From: Candidatus Latescibacterota bacterium
GTDB lineage: Bacteria; Latescibacterota; UBA2968; UBA8231
Length of the DNA stretch: 64,000 nt
Reading direction: 5' to 3'
NCBI GenBank assembly: GCA_965203355.1
Contig: OZ241889.1
Coordinates: 3,776,001-3,840,000, forward strand
The position numbers were made by a program, and so were the translations under genes. The notes under the pieces are model-generated. The model was given only the letters and a program-made list of their open reading frames with translations. It was not told where the DNA came from and did no database searches. Positions 16,837 through 26,423 of the stretch are shown one piece after another (position 1 is the first letter of the stretch; the number at the start of each line of letters is the position of its first letter).

Positions 16837-18333
16837 CTAAACCGCGCTTTCTCCCCGCCTGTCCAAGACCAGCATGAGCGGCGGCAGCAACAGGCAGGAT
16901 AAGAGGAAGGAAAAGAGTACCGTGGCCCCGAGTGCCAACGCTACGGGTTTGAAATAGAGTTGCAGGGTTTGCGAGAGAAAAAAGACCGGCAGCAAGGCTC
17001 CGACCGTCGTCAGGTTGGAAGCCAACAGCGGCCTTAGCACCCCGGCGACCCCGGCGAGTATCCGCTGCCGCGCCGCGCCGCCACCCGTTGTTAGGTGACG
17101 CTGGACGCTGTCGTACACCACGACCGAGTTATCGACGCTCAGGCCGTAGCCCACGGTCAATCCGGCCAAGGTCAACACGTTCAGGGTCATGCCGGCGAGA
17201 TGGAGCAAGCCCACGGTGTAGGCCAGCACCAGCAGGATCGTACCCCAAATGAGCAGGGTCGCCGATACCTTCCTGTAGGTGAAGACGACGATGGCCGCAA
17301 TGAACAGCACCGCAAAAAAGGAGCGGTTGCCGAGCTTGGCCAATTCCTTTTTCAATTCCTCGCCCTTGTCCAGTTCCTTAACCAAGCCAATATCCGGCGG
17401 AGCATCCCGCATGACGCGCGCCATGGTAGCCTTGACGGCCGCGGACGTTTCGAGCAGGTCCACGCCCGGATACTTCTCTATGGTAATTAACACGGAGTTT
17501 TTCCCGTTGACGCGGCTGCGGCTAAAGTCGGCGGGCGCGTCCCAATATATCCGCGCAATATCCCCCAAACGGACCGCGGCCGAACCCACGGGTATTTGCC
17601 TGAGCGTCTCCAGATTGGCATAGCCTCCGTCAAAGCGCACTTTTTTCGCCGTGCCGGCGTCCCACAGCGTTCCCAAGCTCGATTTGCCGCCGCTCAACTG
17701 CCGCTGCAACCGCTCTAGATCCTCGCTGGACAGCCCGGTGCTTGCCACGGCTTTCCCGTCTATCTCGATCGCGAGTTCGAGCCGCTTGCCTCCTTCCAAC
17801 TGCACGTCTTTGATGCCGGCCACCGCGAGCAAGGCTTTTTGGATGCGGGTTTCTGCGTACTCCCGCAACTCGCCGGGTCGCCGGTCGCCGTACAAGCGGT
17901 ACCGGAGAAAACCGGCCAAGTCCGCCAGTTCTTCGGGCACCGCGCGTTCAATCACCGGCCAAGAGGCCGCTGCGGGCATGGTCTCATAGAGCGAGTGAAC
18001 TCGTTCGTTCAATTCTATTTCGAGCAAGCTGACATTCGCCTTAGCATCGAATTGCACCGCGATTTCGGCGTGGCCTTCCCGGGTTTGCGAGCGAATGGAG
18101 GTGACGTGGTCCAATTGCTGGACCAACGACTCCAGCGGCCGCGTCACCGCAGATTCTAGGCTGAATGCCGAGGCCCCGGGCCATTGCACCCCGAGGCGCA
18201 ATTCGGGCAGTTCACTCGGCGGCGACAACTCAACCGAGATGACCGCAAAACTCGCCACCGCCAAGAGGCCGAGCGTAGCTACTGCGGTGAATACCGCGAT
18301 GGGATGGTCGAGGGTCCAGCGTATCGCATACAT
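16837..18333 (-). CDS. RND efflux permease, N-terminal half (TM1-6) of a split gene
   Basis: WPGAS...VTRPLE, GLSVDNSVVV, LLASNLTTVGALLP. Confidence 0.82.
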   Translation of the reverse strand: MYAIRWTLDHPIAVFTAVATLGLLAVASFAVISVELSPPSELPELRLGVQWPGASAFSLESAVTRPLESLVQQLDHVTSIRSQTREGHAEIAVQFDAKANVSLLEIELNERVHSLYETMPAAASWPVIERAVPEELADLAGFLRYRLYGDRRPGELREYAETRIQKALLAVAGIKDVQLEGGKRLELAIEIDGKAVASTGLSSEDLERLQRQLSGGKSSLGTLWDAGTAKKVRFDGGYANLETLRQIPVGSAAVRLGDIARIYWDAPADFSRSRVNGKNSVLITIEKYPGVDLLETSAAVKATMARVMRDAPPDIGLVKELDKGEELKKELAKLGNRSFFAVLFIAAIVVFTYRKVSATLLIWGTILLVLAYTVGLLHLAGMTLNVLTLAGLTVGYGLSVDNSVVVYDSVQRHLTTGGGAARQRILAGVAGVLRPLLASNLTTVGALLPVFFLSQTLQLYFKPVALALGATVLFSFLLSCLLLPPLMLVLDRRGESAV

Positions 18334-18334
18334 A

Positions 18335-21300
18335 TCAGGTTTTCCCCGGCTGATTTCCGAACACCAATGAGTAAACCACCGGGACCACGATCAGCGTCAG
18401 CCCGGTCGACAGCGTCAGCCCGCCGATGATGACCCAAGCCATTGGCTGATGCAATTCCGCGCCCTGCCCGGTAGAAAGTGCCATCGGCAACAGACCCAGC
18501 ACTGTGGTCACCGTGGTCATGGCTATGGGGCGCAGCCGCTTGCGGCCCGCTTCGGCTATGGCGGTATGCAGGTCGGCCCCGGCTAGGTGGCGGTTGCGGA
18601 TAAAATCCACCTTGACGATCGAGTCGTTGACCACAATGCCGACGAGCACCACAGCCCCCATAGCCGACATAAAATTGAGCGTCTGACCCGTCGCATAGAG
18701 CGTCGCAACCGCGCAGACCAGCGCCAGCGGTACAACCGCAATGACCACGAAAGGCATCTTGAGCGATTCAAACTTGGCGGCGAGGATGGCAAATACCAGG
18801 CAAAAGGAAACCGCCAAAGCCAGCGCCAAGTCGGCCAACATCTCCTGCATCGCGTCGTCAACCGCCCCAATCTCCAACCAAACGTCTTGGGGCTTTTCTA
18901 TCCGGTCCGCCGCGGCCGTCAATTCCCGCCTAGCCGCGGCCACATCCCCTTGCACGAGTTCGGCCCCCACCTCCACGATCCGGCTGCGGTTTTTCCGATG
19001 CAGCGCAGCATAGCCCGTGTAAGGTGCGATGGAAACCAACTGATCGACCGGTGCGTACGCGGTCTTATCCTGCTGGCGAATGGGATAGCTCAACCGCTTT
19101 AGGGCTTCCGTTCCGATATCCCCTTCCCGGCCCACGACCAACCGGACATCCACCTCGCGAGCATAGTCGGCCAACGAGGTCGGCTGGCTGCCTTGTACCG
19201 CACGGCGGAGAAAGTCGGCGAGTTTGGCCGCGTCAATGCCGTACAGTGTCGCCTTATCGCGGTCGAGGGCCACTTCGTACCCACCAGCCCCGGCGGCGAG
19301 GCTCGACTGGACGCGCCCAAAACGCGGCATGTCCTCCATCAGCTCCACAATAGCCTGGCTCACCGCGGCCAAGTCGCCCCAGTCCTCGCCGTTTAAGCGC
19401 ACAGCGAAATCGCTGGTCTTGGGCGGGAAGAAGTGCTCGAGAAAGGACGGCGGCGACCGCACGCTCAGCTCGTACCCGGCGGCCGGGCGGCCCAAAGCAC
19501 TTAGCCGCGCCGCGACCGCGTCGGTATCGGCCGCTCGGGCAATTTTCACCTCGATCGCGGCCTTGTTGGCCCCCGGGCGGTGCGACTGGTCAAAATCGAC
19601 ATCCGTTATGCCCACAGATGAATAGACCGTTTGGATCGCCGGGTCCGCTCCCAAATGCCGCTCGATTTCAGCGACTGCGGCCAGCGTCCGCCGCAGCATG
19701 GACGACGCTGGAAATTCCACTTCGAGCACCAACCGCTTCCGGTCCACTGTGGGCATTAACTCCCGCTCGACCCCGGCCCCCAAGAGCAAACCCAGCCCAG
19801 CCGCTACCGCCAGCGCGGCCAGCGTCGCGGCCTTGTTTCGCAGGCAGACCGCCAAGAGACTTTCGTACCGTCGGATCGCTCCCGCGCCCAGCGCGTCGGC
19901 GCGGTCGCCGAGTGGAGCGAGCAAGGGCAGCTTGCCCAGCAGACGCGACTGGCCGCGCGACAGCAGCATGGAGACTAGGGTGATCGACGCAAATAAAGAT
20001 AGGGTCAGCGACGCTACGACCGTGATGGCTTGATCGAAGTACAAGGCCCCGGCCAGCCCTTCGATGTACACCAGCGGCAAAAAAACAGACACCGTCGTGA
20101 ACGTCGAGGCGGCAATGGGCAGACTGACCTCGCGGGTGCCCTCAATGGCCGCTTCCACCAGCGGACAGCCCTGTTGCCGGAATCGCTTCACATTGTCGAG
20201 GACGATGATGGAATTATCGACCAAGATGCCAATGCCCAAGGCCAGCCCGCCGAGGGAAACCACGTTGAAGTGAATGCCCATGCTGTACATCACCGCAAAG
20301 GTGATGACAATGGATACAGGCACCGCCAGCCCCACGACCAACGGGCTTTTCCAGTCGCGGATGAACAGAAACAGGACGAGTACTGCGAAAAAACCGCCCC
20401 AGTACAGGGAAGAGAGGACATTGTCTACGGCCTCTTGAATGAACTCGGATTGGTCGAAAACCGGAATCACCCTGAAATCCGGGAACTCAAGTGCCAGCGC
20501 CGCCAGCACCGCTGCTACTTTTTGGGCGGTCTTTATCGTATTATCCCCAGACTTCTTGTACAGATACAAAGTGATCGCGTCTTTGCCATTGAGCCGGTTG
20601 TAGCCGGTCGGCTCTTTGAATCCGTACTTTGCCGTGGCAATGTCCTCGAGGAAAACCGTCGTATTATCGACGCGCTTGACCGGTACCTTTCTCAGGTCCT
20701 CAATGTTCCGGTAGCGGCCTTCTATCCGCAGCGGATACACCAAGTGCCCTTCGCGGATGGTCCCTCCGGCCGCCCGGGTGCTAAATCGCGTCAAGGCCGC
20801 CTCGACATCGGCAAACTCCACGCCGTATGCGAGACTTTTGCGGCGGTCGATCTCGATCTCGACCTCCCTTTCCAAGCCGCCGGCCACGAGTGCTTGCGCC
20901 ACGCCTTGGACTTGCTCCAGCCGGGGTTTCACGACCGCTTCGGCAACCTCCTTGAGCTCGACCAAGGCCGCCCGATAATCCGCATCCGAAACCGGGTGCT
21001 CTATCCGGTCTCCGGTGACCGCGAGCATCATAAATGGAGACGACGACGGATCAAAGCGCAAAATCGTCGGCCTTCCGGCGAAATCAGGCAACAGTTGTTG
21101 GATCCGGTCGAGCTTGTTGCGGACCTCGATGAAGGTCAGGTCCATATCGGCGTCCCAACTGAACTCCAAGTAGAAAAGCGAGCGCTCATCCCGCGATACA
21201 GAGCGGATATTCCTAATGTTGTACAAGCCGCTCAACGCGGCCTCTATCGTTTGCGCGACCTGTTCTTCAATGTCGATGGCTGACGCGCCCGGACACTCGG

Positions 21301-21457
21301 TCTTTATCGCCAGTTTCTGAACTTCGACATCCGGCAGGAAATCCACCCCCATCTTATAAAATGAATAGCCCCCCAACAGAACGGCGGCCGCATAGACCAC
21401 AACCGTTGTTACCGGACGCCTCACAGAAGAGGCGGTCAGATTAGCCGGGGTAGCCAT
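18335..21457 (-). CDS. RND efflux permease (AcrB/MdtB-like), full length
   Basis: 1040 aa; RRPVTT start, GILVDNSIIV, GIVVNDSI, RLRPIAMTTVTTVLGLLP. Confidence 0.95.
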   Translation of the reverse strand: MATPANLTASSVRRPVTTVVVYAAAVLLGGYSFYKMGVDFLPDVEVQKLAIKTECPGASAIDIEEQVAQTIEAALSGLYNIRNIRSVSRDERSLFYLEFSWDADMDLTFIEVRNKLDRIQQLLPDFAGRPTILRFDPSSSPFMMLAVTGDRIEHPVSDADYRAALVELKEVAEAVVKPRLEQVQGVAQALVAGGLEREVEIEIDRRKSLAYGVEFADVEAALTRFSTRAAGGTIREGHLVYPLRIEGRYRNIEDLRKVPVKRVDNTTVFLEDIATAKYGFKEPTGYNRLNGKDAITLYLYKKSGDNTIKTAQKVAAVLAALALEFPDFRVIPVFDQSEFIQEAVDNVLSSLYWGGFFAVLVLFLFIRDWKSPLVVGLAVPVSIVITFAVMYSMGIHFNVVSLGGLALGIGILVDNSIIVLDNVKRFRQQGCPLVEAAIEGTREVSLPIAASTFTTVSVFLPLVYIEGLAGALYFDQAITVVASLTLSLFASITLVSMLLSRGQSRLLGKLPLLAPLGDRADALGAGAIRRYESLLAVCLRNKAATLAALAVAAGLGLLLGAGVERELMPTVDRKRLVLEVEFPASSMLRRTLAAVAEIERHLGADPAIQTVYSSVGITDVDFDQSHRPGANKAAIEVKIARAADTDAVAARLSALGRPAAGYELSVRSPPSFLEHFFPPKTSDFAVRLNGEDWGDLAAVSQAIVELMEDMPRFGRVQSSLAAGAGGYEVALDRDKATLYGIDAAKLADFLRRAVQGSQPTSLADYAREVDVRLVVGREGDIGTEALKRLSYPIRQQDKTAYAPVDQLVSIAPYTGYAALHRKNRSRIVEVGAELVQGDVAAARRELTAAADRIEKPQDVWLEIGAVDDAMQEMLADLALALAVSFCLVFAILAAKFESLKMPFVVIAVVPLALVCAVATLYATGQTLNFMSAMGAVVLVGIVVNDSIVKVDFIRNRHLAGADLHTAIAEAGRKRLRPIAMTTVTTVLGLLPMALSTGQGAELHQPMAWVIIGGLTLSTGLTLIVVPVVYSLVFGNQPGKT

Positions 21458-22626
21458 TAGAGTTCCTCGTTGACGACGATGACTTGCGCGTTGTGGGCCA
21501 AGTTGAAGTGGCCGGCCGTAATCAGCGTATCCCTAGCGGTCAAGCCGTCCCGCACTTCCACCATCTCGTCCGTCTCCGCGCCGGTTTCGACGTAGCGCCA
21601 CTTCGCCCGACCGCCCTCGTACACGAACACCACTTTCCGGTCGTCGCGGGTGAGCAGGGCGTCCCGCGGCACCAGCAACTTATCTGGGTAGCGGGCGGCC
21701 TCCACGCGCACATGCGCGAACATGCCCGACCGCACCGCTCTATCCGGGTTTTCTATCTCTATGAGGACTCGGCACGTTCGGCGTTCCGGGTCTATCGTTG
21801 GGTTCACCGATACAACGCGGCCGCGTACTGCTTTCTGCGGCAGAGCGGCCAACTCTATCTCGGCGCGCGCACCCAGCCGTATATGCCTGATCTCGGTTTC
21901 CAACACATCCATTTCGAGGCGGAGCCGATCCAGTGACACAATCCGAGCGACCACATCGCCTTTGTTGACGAAGTGGCGGCGGTCCGCTGCTACTTCCGCC
22001 ACGTATCCAGCAAACGGGGCCTCTATGATCGCGTATTCAAGTTCAATCTGCGCCTTTTTGAGTTTCAGCCGCGCCTCGTCAAGCCCGACCTGATTCGCGG
22101 CCAGTTCCTTTCTCGACTTGCTAAAAATGAGTCTGAATGCTTCGACATCGTTGGCATTCGTCGAATCAACGCCCAGCCGCTTGAACATTTGGTCCCTGTT
22201 GCCGAAGTCGCTGGTGAAGAAGGCGATGTTGGCGTATTGAGTGAGTGCCTTGTCCAGTGCCTCTTGGGCCTGTCGCTGGGCTATCCTGAGCAGGTCGTCC
22301 TCTAACAGTACTACGGTATCGCCTTGTTCCACCCAGTCGCCTTCCTGTATGAGCAGCCGCTTGATCTCAGCGGAAACTTGGGCCGTAATCTCAGCCGTCC
22401 TCGTGGCACGGACGTACCCGTACGAGACCACTTGGCGGACCAGCGGCCCCTTGTTCACCTGCATGATGGCCACGGGCTTGCGGGTATCGGCCACCGCTTC
22501 GGTCTGGGAGCGATCCTTAGCCTCTACGGGGTCCGTCGCAAAAAAGCCGATCACGGTGTCGCTCTGGCTGGCCAGCACAAACGCCAACAGCGCGAGTATG
22601 ACTGAATAGAGCACTTTGTCTTTCAT
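21457..22626 (-). CDS. RND periplasmic adaptor (membrane fusion protein)
   Basis: N-terminal anchor, lipoyl halves (EGDWVEQGD, IEAPFAG), SGMFA, VPRDAL; TAATG coupling to the RND gene. Confidence 0.93.
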   Translation of the reverse strand: MKDKVLYSVILALLAFVLASQSDTVIGFFATDPVEAKDRSQTEAVADTRKPVAIMQVNKGPLVRQVVSYGYVRATRTAEITAQVSAEIKRLLIQEGDWVEQGDTVVLLEDDLLRIAQRQAQEALDKALTQYANIAFFTSDFGNRDQMFKRLGVDSTNANDVEAFRLIFSKSRKELAANQVGLDEARLKLKKAQIELEYAIIEAPFAGYVAEVAADRRHFVNKGDVVARIVSLDRLRLEMDVLETEIRHIRLGARAEIELAALPQKAVRGRVVSVNPTIDPERRTCRVLIEIENPDRAVRSGMFAHVRVEAARYPDKLLVPRDALLTRDDRKVVFVYEGGRAKWRYVETGAETDEMVEVRDGLTARDTLITAGHFNLAHNAQVIVVNEEL

Positions 22627-22673
22627 GGTGGCATTACCTCCGGGTTGGCCAACAGCGGCTTGCCTTATCTAAA

Positions 22674-22689
22674 GCAAATTCAGTGCCAA
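22674..22689 (-). promoter_or_regulatory. Sigma-54 promoter of the RND operon
   Basis: Minus strand TTGGCACTGAATTTGC; IHF-like tract at about 22706-22732. Confidence 0.85.
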
Positions 22690-22781
22690 ACGGAGGCAAA
22701 AAGCCATAACTCATTGTCAGATAAGGAGTTAGACAAATACACTTCACTTCGCACAAAACGCCCTCTGGCCCCTTGAGTGCT

Positions 22782-22860
22782 CCCTTTAGACGCACCTGTG
22801 CCTCTATTAAACTTCTATCTCACTTTTTTACAATGGGTTATGTCGAGTGCGTCGAAAGGG
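22782..22860. promoter_or_regulatory. Putative enhancer (UAS) inverted repeat, copy 2
   Basis: CCCTTTAGACGCA-N53-TGCGTCGAAAGGG, starting 93 bp upstream of the -24 box; same spacer length as copy 1. Confidence 0.7.
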
Positions 22861-22893
22861 TCGCAGTGCGTTGTATCTGGCCGCGCACCGTCG

Positions 22894-23919
22894 CTACAGG
22901 CGGGTCAAATCCCGTCTGACAAAGGTAATCCACAGCGGGCTAGCCCCCACGTCGTGTTGCGCCAGCGGGATGAGCGCCCCGGTAGCCGCGTCCAGGCGAT
23001 ATGAACGGAGCCGACCCGAATCTTGGCCAACCGAATAGACGAAGCGACCGCTCGGATCTAATTCAAAAAAGCGCGGCGTAGCCTCCGTCGGATAGCGTCC
23101 TTTGGCCGTCAGCCGCCCATCGTCGCCGAGGGCGAAAAGGGCCAGAGAATCGTGGCCGCGATTGGAGGCGTAGAGGAACCGGCCATCGGGCGTGATCTTT
23201 ATTTCGGCTGTGGTGTTGTCCTCGTTGTTAAATCCCGCCGGCAAGGTCGAGATAACTTGAAACGACGACAGCGTCCCGGCCTCCGGGTCGAAGCGGTGAG
23301 CCGACACCGTGCTGCCGTTTTCGTTGACCGAATAGAGAAAATCGCGGGTCGGGTGGAAGGCAAAGTGGCGCGGGCCTTCGGGCGTGTTCGGTTGTATCTG
23401 CGGCGGATCGTTGGGCGTCAGCCGCCCGGTTTGCTCGTCAAAGCAAAACTGAAATATCGCGTTGGCCGGATTCGTATGCGGCACAAAGGCAAAGCGGTTG
23501 GAGCGGTCGGTCTGGATGCTGTGGGCGTGGACAGCCGTGGCAAACACTTGCAGCGGCTCGGCCGAGAGCGCACCGTCCGCGGCCACGCCGTGTACGGCGA
23601 CCTGACCCGAGCCATAGTAAGACGACAGCAAAAAGGCCCCGGTGTGGTCCAAAAACAAATAGGGCGGGCCTTCTGCTAAGCGCGTCTCGGCCCGTTTGAC
23701 GAGCGTTCCTTGCTCCCGATCGATCGCATAGCTAGCCAGTTTTTTCGCCGAGCGCAGGGCCACAAACATCTGCGTCCCGTCCGGGCGCACCGTCACCGCC
23801 CCGGGCGCGTCCTCCAACTCAATATGGGGCTGCGGCTCTAACGCGCCGCTGTCTTCGTCCATCAGAAAATGCGAAAAAAAGCGGCTGCCCGCGTTTGAAA
23901 TATAGACGTGATAGGCCAT
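22894..23919 (-). CDS. pgl: 6-phosphogluconolactonase / lactonase family 7-bladed propeller
   Basis: HAHSI, GPRHFAFHP, TPDGRFLYASNRGHDS motifs; GGAGG RBS. Confidence 0.85.
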   Translation of the reverse strand: MAYHVYISNAGSRFFSHFLMDEDSGALEPQPHIELEDAPGAVTVRPDGTQMFVALRSAKKLASYAIDREQGTLVKRAETRLAEGPPYLFLDHTGAFLLSSYYGSGQVAVHGVAADGALSAEPLQVFATAVHAHSIQTDRSNRFAFVPHTNPANAIFQFCFDEQTGRLTPNDPPQIQPNTPEGPRHFAFHPTRDFLYSVNENGSTVSAHRFDPEAGTLSSFQVISTLPAGFNNEDNTTAEIKITPDGRFLYASNRGHDSLALFALGDDGRLTAKGRYPTEATPRFFELDPSGRFVYSVGQDSGRLRSYRLDAATGALIPLAQHDVGASPLWITFVRRDLTRL

Positions 23920-23940
23920 GAAAATCTCCTCCAAAAGGGA

Positions 23941-24516
23941 TTAGGGACGCGCCACTTCACGCAAGGAGCGCAAAAAAGCGGCGGGATCGACCGGGCCGAG
24001 CAAAAGGGCGTGGGAGCCGCGCGTTGGAATATATACGACGTGCGGCGCACCCGTGTAGAAAACGTGCGCCTTCTCCCCGCTGTGTAGATAAAACGCCCCG
24101 CCGTAAAAAAAGAACGCGCTAATCGCAAAAATTTTGTTCCTAGGCCGGTATTGAGGCGCGGCCAGCAAATCGACAGCGCGGGCCTCCTCCACCTTGAGTT
24201 CTTCATAGGCGAAGTGCTTGCCGTGGGCGCTATTGCGGATGAGCAAGTGGCCGTCTAGCAAGACAAAATCCGTGCGGCGCGCACTTAGATAAAACCAAGT
24301 GAAAACCGAGAAAAAGATGAACAGCATCAGCACGTACGACGAACCCAAGGCCACGGGCGCGGCCACGCGGGCCACCGGACCGTGCGGCTCAATGACCGCG
24401 TAGAGCGCGAGGGTCAGCACCGCGAAAAAAACCGTGATCGCGGCAAAAGACCCGGCCAGCACTTTGCCGAACAGGGCGGTAGAAGGCGGCTGGATGAGAA
24501 AAATGCGCGGGTCCAC
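23941..24516 (-). CDS. Membrane protein with bacterial PH-like domain
   Basis: Two TM helices followed by a soluble domain ending LLLGPVDPAAF. Confidence 0.55.
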   Translation of the reverse strand: MDPRIFLIQPPSTALFGKVLAGSFAAITVFFAVLTLALYAVIEPHGPVARVAAPVALGSSYVLMLFIFFSVFTWFYLSARRTDFVLLDGHLLIRNSAHGKHFAYEELKVEEARAVDLLAAPQYRPRNKIFAISAFFFYGGAFYLHSGEKAHVFYTGAPHVVYIPTRGSHALLLGPVDPAAFLRSLREVARP

Positions 24517-24517
24517 G

Positions 24518-25366
24518 TCAACTCGCTCTAAGTAGCATCAAGCCGCCGACAATCGCGAGGATGCCGATGGTTTTGACAGCCGTGAACCGTTCTTTGAGAA
24601 AAATCCAGCCCAGCAGGGCGCCGATTACGACCGATGACTCGCGCGCGGCAATGATATAGCTGACCGGCCCTTGGGTATAGGCGTACAGTATCAGCAGATA
24701 GGTCGCCAGCGAGCCTGCGCCAATCAAGGCGATATATCCGCAAGAGGCGCGTGCCGTCGCCAGCAACTCCGCCCGGTATTGGCGCACTATAAAGGGCATG
24801 CGCACGAAGGTCGCGATGATCCACATGCCGCCGATGTAGTAAATGGGTTGCACGTATCCTACGCCTATTTTGTCGATCAGCGAGTAACAGACAATCGTCA
24901 GCCCCACGCTCAGGGCCAGTTGCAAGCCGCGCGGTTGGAGCTTGAGGGCCGGGGCGCCAACGCAGAAAATCCCAAGGAGCGTTAGGCCGATCCCGCCCGC
25001 GCCCAGCCGCGAAATGGCCTCGTCCAAGCTGAGATAAGCGACCAAAGCCGTCAGCCCCACGCCCGAGCCGCGGGCAATCGGGTACACCGTCGAGATCTCG
25101 CCGTGCTCGTACGCCCGCGCCAGCAGCGCAAAGTACAGCGCGTGCAAAATGCCCGTGGCCAGCAAGCAGAGACCGCCCGGCCACGACAGGGCCAGCGGCG
25201 TACCCTGCCACCAGATATAAGCGCACAGCGGCAGGACGAACAGGACGCCAGCGGCCAAGGAGAGCCACATCACCGCCATATTGCCGGCGACCTTGTACGC
25301 GGCGAAATTCCACAGGGCGTGGCCGATGGCCGCCGCCAGCACCAGCCCCCAGACATCGGCGTTCAT
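24518..25366 (-). CDS. EamA/DMT family transporter
   Basis: About 10 TM helices; AYEHGEISTVYPIARG, ARESSVV..LKE. Confidence 0.9.
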   Translation of the reverse strand: MNADVWGLVLAAAIGHALWNFAAYKVAGNMAVMWLSLAAGVLFVLPLCAYIWWQGTPLALSWPGGLCLLATGILHALYFALLARAYEHGEISTVYPIARGSGVGLTALVAYLSLDEAISRLGAGGIGLTLLGIFCVGAPALKLQPRGLQLALSVGLTIVCYSLIDKIGVGYVQPIYYIGGMWIIATFVRMPFIVRQYRAELLATARASCGYIALIGAGSLATYLLILYAYTQGPVSYIIAARESSVVIGALLGWIFLKERFTAVKTIGILAIVGGLMLLRAS

Positions 25367-25439
25367 TATCTTAATACAAAATCAATTCGGGTAAATTGGG
25401 CCGGTTGACCATAGCGAGATTGAGCCCGCGCGTCAAATA

Positions 25440-26423
25440 ATGAATATTCTAAAGATGCAATCCGCGACCGACACACCTACCTTCGCGGCAGTGGAAGAAG
25501 CCGCTGCGTTTATCAGCGCCCATCTCGCGCCGACGCCGCTGGTCCACTGCTGGAAACTCTCGCAAATGCTAGGCTGCACATACCACGCCAAATGCGAGAA
25601 CTTGCAGCCCGTGGGCGCCTTTAAGGTGCGCGGCGGCGTCAACCTCATCGGGCACTTGTCCCCGGCCGAGCGACAGCGGGGCGTCATCAGCGCGAGCACC
25701 GGCAATCACGGCCAGTCGCTGGCATACGCCGGTCAGCTCTTTGACGCGCCAGTGACCATCTACGGCCCAGCCCACGCCAGCAACCCCGCCAAAGTCGCGG
25801 CCATGCGCGCCCTCGGCGCAGAAGTCCGTCTCGTTGGCCGCGATTTCGACGAGGCCCGCCAGCACGTCGAGCGCGAAGCACACCGCACCGGCTGCCGCTA
25901 CGTGCATTCGGCTAACGAGCCGTTGCTGATCGCGGGCGTGGGCACCATGGGCTTGGAGATTTTTGCCGACCAGCCCGATATAGAAACGCTGATCGTGCCC
26001 GTGGGCGGCGGCAGCGGTATCTGCGGCATCGCCCGCCATCTAAACCCATCCGTCGAAATCATCGGCGTACAAAGCGAGAGCGCACCGGCCTGCCACCGAG
26101 CCTGGCACCAGCGGCGGCTCGACGTGGAGGCCCCCATGGCCACGCGGCACGAAGGGCTAGCCACGCGCGTACCCTTTGCCATGACCTCGCACATGATGTG
26201 GGAACTCGTCGATCGCTTTGAACTGGTCACCGACGAAGAAATCGACGCGGCCATGGGCCTGTTGGCGCGCGAGGCTAAGCTAGTCGCCGAAGGAGCCGGC
26301 GCCGCGTCCTTGGCTGCGGCCCTGAAAATGCGCGCGTCCTTGGCCGGTAAAAAAGTAGTCGGCATCCTCAGCGGCGGGAATGCGCCCGCCGACCACGTAG
26401 CGCGGATTTTGCAAAATGGCTAA
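25440..26423 (+). CDS. PLP-dependent threonine/serine dehydratase family protein
   Basis: KCENLQPVGAFKVRG, ASTGNHGQ, PVGGGSG, ILSGGN. Confidence 0.92.
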   Translation: MNILKMQSATDTPTFAAVEEAAAFISAHLAPTPLVHCWKLSQMLGCTYHAKCENLQPVGAFKVRGGVNLIGHLSPAERQRGVISASTGNHGQSLAYAGQLFDAPVTIYGPAHASNPAKVAAMRALGAEVRLVGRDFDEARQHVEREAHRTGCRYVHSANEPLLIAGVGTMGLEIFADQPDIETLIVPVGGGSGICGIARHLNPSVEIIGVQSESAPACHRAWHQRRLDVEAPMATRHEGLATRVPFAMTSHMMWELVDRFELVTDEEIDAAMGLLAREAKLVAEGAGAASLAAALKMRASLAGKKVVGILSGGNAPADHVARILQNG

